NCBI GenBank assembly: GCA_050273025.1
Contig: CP158636.1
Span: 3,968,001-4,032,000 of the forward strand
Direction of reading: 5' to 3'
Source: Cenococcum geophilum
Taxonomy: Eukaryota
Length of the DNA stretch: 64,000 nucleotides
Shown: positions 51,062 to 62,903 of the stretch, piece after piece
How positions within the stretch are numbered: the stretch's first letter is position 1
How the letters are laid out: every line of letters begins with the position of its first letter
The notes under the pieces: generated by a model
Seen by the model: the letters and a program-made list of their open reading frames with translations, nothing else
What the model was told of the DNA's origin: nothing
The model's database searches: none
Position numbers and translations under genes: made by a program

Positions 51062-51746
51062 GCCAACAAAGAGGGAGAAGAGCACCAAAAAACCTGCCGC
51101 AAGAGAGAAGAGGCAAAACTTGGGCCTGGCACAGAGAGTGAACGAGGCGTGGAGTGCTGAAGGAAGGTGTTGTTTTCAGAGACGATAAAAATCGGCGAAA
51201 TATTTTGAATGGCAGTGAAAGGTCTTACCACTCAGGTGAATCTCCCAGGAGGCCACAAGATCACAAAGTGATTTTGATGACTCAAAGCTTCAATACTTCG
51301 TAGTGTCTCTCGATTGAACGCGTGGATAGCATTCACTTCTGACCCATGAAGTGAACGCCGTCGTGACACCTAACGCCTGACGGTGGTCAACGCCAAGAGC
51401 TGTCGGTGAGTTTCTGGAAATTCCTATATGTTAAAATCTTTCATCAATTTGTGGAGGTTTGGAGCCTTGCTGAACATGTCTGGATCACGAGTTCTGGCAA
51501 TGCAGTCCCTCTCTGGTCGAAGGCCAGTCCACCGTAGAACCATCGAAAATACGTATGAGGTTGTGTCAGGCCTGAGTTGAGGAAGTTACGACAGCAATGG
51601 CTCTCTAGATGAGAAAGAAACTGTTCCAAAAAGGATTGGGATATAAGAATGGCTTTGGAAAGTCAAATTGAAAATAAAAGCCCTGCGCCAAAACTCCGCC
51701 GCCCAGGTCTATACCGAACTTTCTATGTCTTAACCCACCGTCATTG

Positions 51747-52783
51747 TTACCAGCCCTCAATCTGAAATTGGAAAGTCCTGTCACCCTTGCCTCTCTCGAC
51801 GGGATCTCCTTTACCGTCATATATCGTTCTCTCGATAAACGTTAGTTTTCCTTTCCGGTCAACTAATATTATTGACTCTTTCTGCGTCCCATAAACCCCG
51901 CTTGTGGCATCGGCTATTTCAGCTACCCCGTTGGTATGCGCAGCAGCAACTTCACCCGCAAGCTTTTCCGATAATTCATCTTCTCCACCAACCGCAGGAA
52001 TAACCGCAGGAACAAAAATACTGTTTCGGAGTTGCCTCAAATAAATATCCCACTCTTCTCCATTGCGCTGCCTTGGCAGGGTGTCAATGCTTAGCACCTG
52101 AAACAATCTTTCGAGCAATTCTTCTTTGCTTTCGCCCTTCGCCACACTCTCAGTAACGGCCGCTTTGACAGCCTCTTCACCCTGAACGATCTTCGGCCAG
52201 CTTCTATCGCCGTAGAATGAATTGCTGAGAGCATGCGTTTCGTTGGGCTCCCGTGCGACCCATATTAAGCCATCCATGTCCGGAGTTCGATTGGAGATGA
52301 TAGCGAGGCCCTTTTTCCCGTGGTCGACGACATCCCGGATTTGCCCGAAGAGGAGGCTAAAGCCCCCAACGCCTCTGACCCCGTCCTCGTCAACAAGGCG
52401 CTGCGCAAACTGCTCGGTCGTCTCCGCCGAGTGCGGGTCCGTCATCAGGAACGAGTTCACGATGCCGCCCCTACTTTTCGCGCCCTGGACGATGGCGTTG
52501 TCTTCTTCGCGGTAATTGGTCAGGACGGCCAGCCGGCCTTGGCGTGTCACGCCCAACCAGGTGCCGTGGACGTCTCGGTGGAGATCGTATCCGCCGAGCA
52601 CGTGAGAATTTGGGGGATCCCACCAGGTCGCATCTGCCGTCGGACGAAGGAGATATTCCTGTTTCTTGATGGTTAGGGAGTGCCCTTGATTTCCTGAAAA
52701 CATTGAGGAGTACTGACATCTCTGTTGTTGAGGAGAATGAACGGGTATTGAGGATGTTCTGTCGTGATAATAGCGATGCACAT
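51747..52783 (-). CDS. NRDE / TANGO2 family protein (exons 52783-52718, 52658-51747)
   Basis: MCIAII..HPQYPFILLNNRD|EYLLRPT across a GT-AG intron; GTWLGVTRQGRLAVLTNYRE, SRGGIV, YGTQK. Confidence 0.92.
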
Positions 52784-53793
52784 TTTGAGAGACACCCAAA
52801 ATTACGTCTTTCGATTCGCTTGACGAGTCAGTAAGGTGCCTAAGCTCGATGCCGATAATCTTGAAAGATGCTGAGGTAAAAAAAGGAAGTATTCTGTATA
52901 CTAGGCCGACAGTGATCTCGAAGTGTTTGCTACAATCTCCGCGGAATGCGCTAGGGTTGTGTCTGCTTGGTTTGGCAAGTACAGACGCTGGCGGTGAAGG
53001 AGACAACTCCTGGTTATACGTGGTTCCAACGCGGTGGCTAAACATTCGTGCCATGAGCTGTCACGATGGGGTGAGCGGTTTGAAATGGTCATCTTCTCCT
53101 TGACTGGTACACTTCGGGACAAGTGGTGGTTACGGCATGAAAATTCGAGTCCAGCCTTCGCCTTCCTTGTGCACCTGACCCGGGACACTCGGGCTGACAA
53201 AGTCACTTTACCATTCTACAACCCACGAAACGAATTCGAATAGAAACGGCTAGAGTATAGAACGTGCAGGAGAACTAGAACCATCCATTTTTATCCAGGT
53301 GCAAAATTGCTTTTATTTTCAGACTTTGGTTTATTGCAGTACTTATTAGTAAATATGAAAGTTACAACTTTTAACTCGCATTAAGTTACAAGCTAGTCCG
53401 TGTTCAACCCTAGACCCCTCGGAAGTCTTACGTCTGGGTGATCAGCTTCCAGCCGCATCTATGACAGCATACTTCTCGACGTTCAGTACCCACAGTGGCT
53501 TGTGCCTTAGGATCGGCTTAATAGGCTTGGCGTTCGAATATGTAGGCGTGGTACCTGGGATGGACGCCAAGGACATACTCATCGAAATAGGCACATATCT
53601 CAAAGCATAAGTGTATTGCAAAGATTGCTAGGTGCCCGCAAAGTAGCTCTCTGGTTTTCACGTGCTTCGTGTGCATCAAACTGCTCTATGCTCCTTCATA
53701 GCTTTTCCGCACAAAGAAACATTAAAATATATCAATAACTATTTTGACTAAAATTTTCTTACGTTGTTAGGTTAGGTGTATACCACAGCCCTC

Positions 53794-53796
<3 letters not shown>

Positions 53797-53823
<27 letters not shown>
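53797..53823. repeat. (CT)n microsatellite
   Basis: About 13 CT units. Confidence 0.9.
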
Positions 53824-53830
<7 letters not shown>

Positions 53831-54281
53831 CCGGATTACCAAAGGGAGTTGACATGTCGCTTTCGGTATTCATACTATCATCTTCCACTCCGGTCATAAT
53901 CCTTCTCCATCCGCGCATGTACACCTGGAGCGGCGGTACCAGCCCCAGCGTAAGAATCGGACTGTCGTCCTCAATCTCAAACCCCGAGCCCAGTCCTAGC
54001 TTCTCGCAAATATCCTCCAAACACTCCGCGACCTGACCAGCTTTCCTTGCCAGAAACCGGTAGCGGAACCCGCACAAATACACCTTGACGCCCACTTTCC
54101 GTAGCCGCGGTGGCTGCGGCCCGCATTCGTGTTCCACCATAGGAGGGCAGATAGCTTCTCCGTCCCAGCTAGGCGTCGCATTGGTCAGAAGAACTACTGG
54201 GATGTGGGTGAAGCAAATAGATTGGAGCGTGTCGGGTAGGAAGCTGGGTAGACGGGGGATACGATCCACATTAAAGCGCAT
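53823..54281 (-). pseudogene. 3' part of an unknown gene whose 5' part appears RIP-degraded, or a small orphan CDS (152 aa)
   Basis: GC-normal open frame that continues upstream of the ATG until a TAA at the edge of an AT/TpA-rich tract (54320-54720). Confidence 0.35.
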
Positions 54282-54732
54282 ACCGAAGAGGAGATTCGAT
54301 GAAAACGGAGAATTAGAGTAACTACTGATTTACGAATTATAGGGTCATAATAGACTTGGAGTTAGGAACTAGTCTAAAGTTCTTTCCGACCTATAAGCTT
54401 ACAAGCGACGAGTTAATATAATACGATTTAAGAAAGGGATATATCTAACTATTATAATTATTAGCAAGGTATCCTATGCTCTTTACACTAAAGGAAAATA
54501 GAAAATTTAGGTTATATATTAACTACCGATAATTAAATAGTATTACTAAAAAAAAGTTAGATATTCTTTACCCTTAAGGATAGGGTAGGAAACGTATAGA
54601 TCTTTACGAAGATTAACTTAAAGAATATATACGACTAGATTAGGATTAAGGAAGGAGTTAAATAGAAGTAGCGTTTAGATCTAAGGTAGGTAGGAAGACT
54701 CGGGTGCAGTATAAGGACGTAGGAAGGCTCTT

Positions 54733-54813
54733 TCACGGAGCCTTGATCCTATTGATCCTATTGGCTAACTCTTATCGATAACGGTAGGACGAATTGTACC
54801 AGCCCAAGGGAGA
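54733..54813 (-). mobile_element. Terminus of a TTATCGATAA-family element
   Basis: Reverse complement tctcccttgggctggtacaattcgtcctaccgttatcgataagag...caataggatcaaggctccgtga matches 23671-23742. Confidence 0.7.
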
Positions 54814-55115
54814 GTGCTAAAATACTAAAGTACCGTGTAGAAATGGGGGATGTGTGACATCAACAAATTAACAAGTGCTGATATCACAAGTGGGCGTCTT
54901 TGTGCTTGAGTATTAAAGACAAAGCGCCGGCTCCTCGCGAGGAAGAAGGGCCGATATCGATAAACCCGTACTGTATGCTCATCGTGACCTCTTCTCCCAT
55001 TGTTCGCTGCCTTCCATCTCTAACTTAGCCTCCGCTGCCTTCCTACGCTTTCCTCAAAGCTATTTTCTTCCAAATTTCTCCTTGGAGCCGATACTGAAAT
55101 AGAATAATACTAGTC

Positions 55116-56236
55116 ATGTTCGGAATCATAGCAGATGCCATTAAGTAAGTGCTGGCAGCCCCCGCTACTGTCCCGCGCTTCGAGCTCCGTAAGCTCGGCT
55201 CCAGCTCCAGCACCAGGAGCTCCGTCACCACTGCCAGAGCCCTAAATCTCACTTGGAATACTCTTAAATGCCTCTTGGTATCATCTACAACATTTAGCTG
55301 ACTTATAGCAGTATTATAGCCGCTGTCCTCTTCCCCATCTTCGCCTCTTACAAAGCTTTACGGACCTCCGACCCCGCGCTGCTCTCACCATGGCTCATGT
55401 ACTTCGTGACGCTATCACTCCTCCACCTTTTTGAAACCACCTTCGATTTCATCCTCTCCTGGATTCCTTTCTATGCCTGGCTCCGCCTCTTCATACACCT
55501 CTACCTCGTCATGCCTGGGTCGCAAGGCGCCGCGTTTCTCTACCGCGAGCACATTGATCCCTTCCTCGAACAGCACGAAGCTGAAATCGATACCTTCATC
55601 ACAAACGCGCACGACCGCGCCAGAGCTGCTGGACTGAGCTACCTGAAGCAGGGAATCGAGTGGGCCAAGGTGAACGTCCTGGGCATGGCGCCGCATCCGC
55701 CGTCGCCGCCGCCAAGTCGGCACGCGAGCTATGCGCAGACACTCCTGTCACGCTTCAACATGCCATCCGCGCGAGGCGACACTGATTTTTATGGTCTCGT
55801 GGCCCAGGCGCTGTCGGGTGCCACTGGTTCGTACGGTACCCGTGAGGCTCAGGTGGAGGAGCTTAGTGCTAGCGGCACGTTGATCCCATCAGGGATCGAG
55901 GGCAACGAGGAGCGACTGTCATACTTGGCGACTCAGAGGCAGCGATTGATGGTGCTGTTGCAGGCCTTTGACAGGGAGCAGGTGAATCTGATGGATGAGA
56001 GGGAAGGGGAGAGCAGAGGCGGAGGATTGGCGAAAAGTAGGAGTGAGGCTGAGTTTGATCGTATTGAGAGGGAAGAAGTGGAGAGGGAGAGGGGAATGGG
56101 TTCAAGGACGCATTCACAACAATCACCAGGCTGGATGCCCTGGAACTGGAGTGGGAAGCCTAAGCCTTCAGAGCCAGAGGATTTGGCTTATGGAGAGACG
56201 CATGGACGATCTACCGGATTTGACCTTGGGTCTTAG
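55116..56236 (+). CDS. TB2/DP1/HVA22 (REEP-family) membrane protein (exons 55116-55144, ~55309-56236)
   Basis: LFPIFASYKALRTSDP..PWLMYFV, WIPFYAWLR, PGSQGA..LYREHIDPFL..HE.EID; NAGNAG acceptor at 55306-55311. Confidence 0.88.
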
Positions 56237-56563
56237 CGATTGTATCCTCAAAAGCTTCTTGGGACGCAATAAATGCTGGAGTCATGAGACATTGGGTTAT
56301 GAGCTGGATGTGCTGGTTAGATAGTTAACGGCCTCACTGGCGCTTACAGTAATTGGATTTTTCGGGTTGAGTTGATTTAGAGAAGAGAAATGAACGCTCT
56401 GCGCAATATTATACACTCTATAATTGTACACCCCGAGTGTAAACAAACCTCCGAGATATGCAAACCCAATGCTTCTCATGTCATGCAATTCCTATCTCTG
56501 GAAAACCGTCACTCCAGACCCGTCGTATACCTCTTCCTAATACTCAAAACCACCTACCCCCTC

Positions 56564-57602
56564 TTACATCTTAACCTCTTTAAACGGATATTTCACAACA
56601 TCATCCTTCCTTACCACCAACTTTCTCTTCTTCTTGGTAGTCGCGTGCTCCACCCAGACCTCCTTTGTTTTCTCCGAAAGGAACTTTCTAATAAACCGGG
56701 GATCCCAGAGTTCTGATGCAATACCGATATCCTTACAGCACCGCATCAGTGCGTTCGATTTGCAGCCCTCAGTGGCTGTGGGAATGCCGTTTGGGTCGAA
56801 ATATTGCATCTCGCCACGCGCTATTGAGACCAGCCTACCGGCAACACACGTCAGCTCAATACTCTCCTCTAATTCTGCGCGGTCCGTGCAAGGCCATAGA
56901 AACAAGCCAAGTGAGAAAGAGAAAAAAGATCCCATACCGTCCCTGCACCACAAGTCCATACTCCCTCGTGATCAGCTTCCCCGTCACAATGCTCTCGCCA
57001 CGCGGCGCCAAACCCCACCCACCGGGTCCAAACGCCTTATTTAGAATCCGCCTGTACTTGATCTCGGGCAGATACACAATCCCATCCGGCTTGACCTCGA
57101 CATCGTCCGGTTCTATCGGCGCCAGCAGAATCTCAGAGGTCTCGGGGGGGAAGGCCGCATTGCCGAGCCCGTGATATGACCGTGTCCAGTCGATATGCTT
57201 TGCGTTTCCGTTGAGCTCAAGCGGAGTGTCGTCTAGGCCGTCGGTCAGGGAGCGCAGGTTGCGGGACGATTCTTCGAGGGAGAAGGTACGGGCTGTTGGG
57301 GGCGGGGGTTCAGTGGGGGTAGGTGTAGTTATCGGTTTAATTGGCGTTGAGGCTGGTCGGCTTGGAGCAGGTGTAGTTTTCGGTTTAATTGGCGTTGAGG
57401 CTGGTTGACTTGAAGTAGGGGCTGTGGAGGTAGTAGATCTGTTGTTGGAGTTTACATAGGCGGAGGGGATGGGAGTGGTGGAGAACGGGCGGACGGCATT
57501 GGGACTCTGGAACGGTGCCCGGTAGGCAGTACTAGTTAAACTAGCAGATGGTAGTGAGGAACGAAGGAGCGAGTACACCCGTCGCGCGGATATGCTGCTC
57601 AT
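56564..57602 (-). CDS. MGM101: Mitochondrial genome maintenance protein, Rad52-like (exons 57602-56938, 56834-56564)
   Basis: [56 protein letters not shown]; mitochondrial presequence. Confidence 0.96.
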
Positions 57603-57900
57603 GGTGGAATGGTGTTGTGTAATGATGAGGTACGGCGCGAAGTCACGAATTTCTTTAGCAAGGGCGCTCAGCCACAGCTGACTTCGCCACAGAATTTAGC
57701 GAAGGTTTTACTCGGAGACTTTTACCTTTACCTCCGACAGCTGAACTTTAGGGGTAACCACTAAATGGCGTTATCTAGGTTCCGGTAATCTAATCTGCTT
57801 GGCCCAGAGTTAGGTAGAATGTGGTGTTTATTAGATAACCTTTCTTTTTTAATATAGAGATATATAGATATATCCATTATATTATACTATATACAATACT

Positions 57901-58086
57901 TGTTACGGCTCGTACAAATGCCTCTAAACCGAAGCTTGTAGAATGCTGTATTACGAAGATACTAAGCTAAGGAGCAGAAGGAGGTCGAGGAAAGGACACG
58001 TCTATATACAGGAGCCAAGTCTCCAAGCGAGCCCCTAACTAGGCTGCATGTAGACGTCGTAGGGGCGGTGCCCCAGCGCCGTCACA
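57901..58086. mobile_element. Solo LTR (186 bp)
   Basis: TGTTACGG...CCGTCACA; 5-bp TSD atact on both sides. Confidence 0.88.
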
Positions 58087-58237
58087 ATACTACGCATACA
58101 GCCTCTAGGCTATAGCGCTATAGCTCTATAGCTCTATATATACAAATCCTTCCTAGGCAGCTTAATATAAACTAGCAGCTATATTCTAGTGGTTTATAAA
58201 CCCTTACGCTAAGGGTTTATAATATAACGAGACTAGC

Positions 58238-58436
58238 TGTCACGGGAGTCACCCGCGCACGTTCGTCCCGTGACACCTACGCACGTACCACTACTACCCC
58301 TATATCTTCGACCACGTTTCCTGACCTGTTCCTGTTCTGTATCGAACGTCTTGAACCATCACGCGTCAATGTACTTAGCACGGTCAATAGCTAGCAATCA
58401 AGCTTATTTGTAAACTGCTTTGTTGACTCCGTGACA
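58238..58436. mobile_element. Solo LTR (199 bp)
   Basis: TGTCACGG.AGTCA...TGACTCCGTGACA; TSD ctagc. Confidence 0.9.
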
Positions 58437-58586
58437 CTAGCCTAGTTACAGTAAGAACGTCTTAGTAATATTACGGACCTTATATTAGCAGTAATACGAC
58501 TACTAAGAAGAGATATAAACGAGTTGGTTAAGACAGTACGGGAGGCGCTAGAACTAGTCAAGCTATGGGTAGCCCGAGTTATATAA

Positions 58587-58884
58587 TGTTATAGGACCAG
58601 TTTAAAATATAGGAATGTGGGAATGCAGATGTGAGGCATATTTGCCCAGGTGTACGGTAGGGAGCAGGCAAGCCGAGTATGAGTCACAAGGAGAGTCGAT
58701 GGAAGAGGACGATATGGTAATGAGGGTAGGCAATAGCCTCGTACAGAGACGAACCGATGAGGGAGGAAGGGTTGCAAGCCCGAGGAGCTTATAAGGAGGT
58801 GCCAAGGGCTAGCCGAAGGCTAGCCTTGGCAGCCCCTAAGAGCTCCCAGGTATGCACCCGAGTAAGGGATAAAATATCCCTTAC
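58587..58884. mobile_element. Possible further LTR-like remnant
   Basis: TG...CA-bounded purine-rich GC island in an AT-rich background; no convincing TSD. Confidence 0.3.
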
Positions 58885-58892
58885 AGCAGAAA

Positions 58893-59327
58893 TGTAGGAC
58901 GTACTAACGTACTAATATACTAACGTACTTAGTATTTTTTTAGACGCAGTATTATATATTTAAAGGACTATAGTCCCTACCTAGATAGTTCTCTTCTTTA
59001 TAGTAAATGTCACAGTACGTGCCGACTGTCAAGGTACGAGGTACGAGGTGACTGTATATCATTGACAAACGATGTCGTGTGAGGATCTATGTAGGAGGTA
59101 AGGTGGTATATATACACGTCGCTCAGGGGTCAGGTCCGTGCTCATGCATACGCGTACACTCAGCCGAGCCACAACAACGCGTGAGGTCAGTGCCGTGACA
59201 GTAAATCTTAAAATATAATTAAAGTTAATCTATTAGACAACTACTCCACTAGTTATATTTACGTTGTTAACTTCTTATTTACCTATATAACTGGCCTATT
59301 AATAAGTCTACCGTAGTACTTACTATA
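58893..59327. mobile_element. RIP-altered LTR interrupted by the solo LTR at 59008-59200
   Basis: After removing 59008-59200 it aligns to the reverse complement of 59520-59695 (e.g. taaaggactatagtccctacctagatagttctc). Confidence 0.75.
59008..59200. mobile_element. Solo LTR (193 bp) nested in another LTR
   Basis: TGTCACAG...CCGTGACA; TSD gtaaa. Confidence 0.9.
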
Positions 59328-59519
59328 AAGCTTCGTTATAATATATATATATATATATATATTTAAGTTAAATATTACTACTAATGCATATTCTATATAG
59401 GCAAAAGTATAGTACTACCAACCTTTTCCTAATAATTTTATTAGTGACTACGCTTAGTTTCTAGTAAGCCCTATCGGTGACCACGTTTAACGCCTCTGAG
59501 ACCACGTGTAACGAAGCCT

Positions 59520-59787
59520 TGTAGGAAATACTACGGTGGACTTGTTAATGGGCTGGGTATGTAGGTATAGAATAGTCAACAACGTAAACACAACTGGTGG
59601 AGTGGTTGCCCAACAGATTAACTCCAATTGTATTCTGAGATTCACTACGAAGGAGAGAACTATCTAGGTAGGGACTGTGGTCCTTTAAATACACAACCGT
59701 ACTCCTAAGAAATCTCCTTTGTACGTGATATACGCATTGTACGTATTGTACGTACGTTCCCCTCGTACACCGCGTACACTGCGTACA
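59520..59787. mobile_element. LTR-like copy inverted relative to 58893-59327 (right end approximate)
   Basis: Starts TGTAGGAAATACTACGG; less mutated inverted homolog; GTACG/CGTAC-rich end. Confidence 0.65.
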
Positions 59788-60247
59788 ACGTCATGTGACC
59801 TCGGCTACCATTCCTCGTCACATGGTTCTAACGGATCCATTCTGGACCGTGCCTGTATCAACCAACTAGCTTCTTCCGACTCTTCTCTAAGTAGTCGTAA
59901 CATTGTACTTAAAGCGTCCGTAACACCACGACCAGCTATACCCCCTAATCTATTTAACCTCTTCGTCTTGTTAAACGCCAAATATGGCCTAGTTTAGGGT
60001 GTTTACAGGGGGTCTCCCCCTTTACATAAATAGCATAGATTCTCATCAATTTGATCCTTACACGAGTTCTGACACATCTTGAGGCCTCCCTTCGTCACTA
60101 CTTCGTCACCACCTCCGCCAATATCCGCCACCTCATCGTCTCTGTCTCTGCCCCTGTCTCTACTATACCGCTCTCTACTTATCACCCGTTAAATATTAGA
60201 AGACGGTAGTTATTTAGTTATATAACTACCGTAGAGCTACTTATCCA

Positions 60248-60789
60248 CAGGGCTCCCAACGATAACCTTATTCCTTCATTTATCGTTATAAAGTGATATG
60301 GATACGATATTGAATCTTATGAATGAATGAATATTCATAAGCTTATGGATATATATGTGTGTGATTTGGAGCGTTGGTGCTAGTCAGTGGCGTTCGCAAA
60401 GGATTGTGAATACGCCTATCGTTCTAAAATATACGCATAAGTAACTAACAAACACGCAAATGCCAGCCTTCCTAACCACCCCCAATCTACCACCTACAAC
60501 CAAGTCCTATGGTTTTCCCTACTTCAGAATCTCTTTTTGTCGAATCCGACAGCAGTTCCGATGATTCATCTAAAAGACGTAAGCCTTATTGGTTCGAGAG
60601 GCAGAAAGGGGGCGACGATTTGGGAGGACTTTGAGGACGATCACCTCTCTTAACACCTTGCTAAGCCTGGTGATATTTTTTATTAAGTCAATATCGCGAT
60701 ATTATCGCAATAATGAATATCTGGAGGCCTTAATGATATGAATACGATACGTGGTACGAATATACATTCATTCATTACTGGGAGCCATG
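60248..60789. mobile_element. Non-autonomous hAT element (542 bp)
   Basis: TIR CAGGGCTCCCA / TGGGAGCCATG (1 mismatch); 8-bp TSD cttatcca (60240-60247, 60790-60797); subterminal GATA/GAAT repeats. Confidence 0.88.
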
Positions 60790-61176
60790 CTTATCCATTT
60801 CGATAGCAGCCTGCCAAGTTGCCTGCTCGTTAATTTATGTTTCTTGGGCTGAATCTAGAAATCGTGTCAAATAGGAAGATCAAGTATGAGAACTCCGTTT
60901 ATTAAATGTAGCTCTAGAGCCTCACTATATACACCAGATAGGTGGCAAATAGGCTGACGACGACGTCGTCATTCAGTCAGTAATTAGTAATAGAAATAGG
61001 TAATGAGACATTCGATGAGACATACGAGTCAAGAAAGAGGGTTATTAGTCATAAGTTACGAGGCAACTGAGACAAAGTACGTAAATACGATCTGGGTCGA
61101 CAAATCGCAATGAAAAAGATAGCCAAGAGATTTGCAGACAAAATTCCATCCATGAGATATAGGAAGCATCCGAGCG

Positions 61177-62528
61177 TTATATCTTCCCCAGAATACCTTG
61201 AGGGGTTGCGGCCTTGCTCGCAAGCGCAGTACAACCACCGACCAAACACATGACGCCGCTGAATACGAATGCTTCAAAAAATCCTCCATATCTGTTGACA
61301 AGCATCCCATTAACCGGAGGGCCTATCAGAGCTCCAAAAGAGCTTACGGCCAACCCTATTCCTATGTAGGTCCCGATGTCTCGGGGGTCTTTAGGACAGA
61401 CGGCAAAGGCTGCGGAACTTCCAGAGACTATCGCCCCCCAAGAAAACCCAAAGACAACCGAATATAGCACCAACGTTGCAGTGGTTTCCGCCTTGTTCAA
61501 ACAGCAGATGGCAATACCGGTGATTACGCCCGCAAGTGCTAGTATGTTCAATCGCCCAAATTTGTCCGCTAGTACACCTTGGATGATACGGCCAAACGTG
61601 GCCGCCGCGTTGAGAATCGTAAGCAAATACGAGGCAAGTGCTGCGTCCATGCCTCTTGTGACCGCATATGCTGGGATGAAGAACAGTGGAGTTAATATGC
61701 CGAGGAATATGAAGAACACCGAGACTATTAGGAGGATGAAATTTGCTTCTTTGAAGGCCGCTCCGATGAAGAAAGTGGTTTTTCTTGGCGGCAGGCGAGA
61801 CTTGACGGTCGCACATGAGAAAGCCAAAAGGGGCAACATGACAAGTCCAATGGCTCGCACTGTCCATCCAAACCCCAGAGAAGAGCTGTTCAGCATCTTT
61901 GACAATGCAATAGGAATAACGACGCCGCCGATGGATGATCCGGATAAGGCCAGGCCCAAGGCAGTTGCTCGTTTCTTGTCGAAGTATTGGGACACTGCTG
62001 CCATTGCTGGGAACATTAGAAGGCCTATGGCTATGCCCATCAGAACACCTTGCGTGAGCATGAATTGCCAATACTCGTGGCATAGGCTCGTCATCATTAT
62101 GGAAAAGACGTAGAGGACCGCCGCCGGCCGGATAACCTAATGCCATGTTAGTGGACTGGCTTAAACGTCAATGGGGCCAGAAGACATACCCATGCGCCAA
62201 AACGATCAAACAATGGTCCTCCGATGGCGCCTGCTGCGAACTGGAGGAAAAGCGACAGGGATCCAATCCAGGCGATGTTATCTGGCGACTCCTCGCGGAC
62301 CTGGTGTGTCATATAGTACTCCTGAAAAACGCCGAATGAGTACGCGTAGCCTACAGTTGAGAAGAAGATGAAAGCCGACCCAGTCACAACAAGCCACGCT
62401 CGAGGGCCGCCATCCGGCGCTTCCCCAAAATTGGGAGGTGTATTCTCTTCATCGAGTTCGGCGGCGATGATTGGCTTCTGTTCTTCGCCTTCGCACGAAA
62501 CTTCATACTCTGTTCCTGTAGTCGCCAT
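61177..62528 (-). CDS. MFS transporter, monocarboxylate-porter (MCT/Mch) family (exons 62528-62190, 62136-61177)
   Basis: APDGGPRAWLVV, SFGVFQEYY, GPLFDRFG, QYFDKKRATALG, GVLADKFGRLN; many hydrophobic segments; GT-AG intron. Confidence 0.92.
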
Positions 62529-62903
62529 GTTGCAATAAGAGGTATGCAGTAGCTTATTCTTGAAATGATAGGGGAGGCGGGCGGACTGCAGGACGCTGCC
62601 AGGCTGTACTGTGATGTGGTGGAACGTAATACATTATGAGTGAAAACAAGCGGGATGTCGAAACTCATTATATATGATAAGGTCAATGATGGTCATACGA
62701 CCCCTAAATGATATGCACACCTCCTACCCAAACAGGCTTGGATTATTCCCGTTCAGTTTAGAAAGTCACCATTCTCACTACCATTCTTACTACCTATAAT
62801 ACCATCTACCTACTTTTAAGCTAATTGATTAGATTACGTAGGGGCCCAAAAGGCGTTGCATGAGCTAATTTAGGTGCCGCTACCTTTGCCCAGCGCCTAT
62901 CCC

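Noticed and set aside
52784..53054. Long N-terminus of the 435-aa ORF 51747..53054
   Set aside because: The family start MCI...NRDE is in another frame at 52783 and is joined by an intron
53405..53776. aaccctag and ttaggttagg as interstitial telomere repeats
   Set aside because: At most two imperfect units; no TTAGGG array
59880..60200. Gypsy gag zinc-knuckle remnant (ENLCYLCK on the minus strand)
   Set aside because: Only half of a CCHC motif is visible; too weak to call
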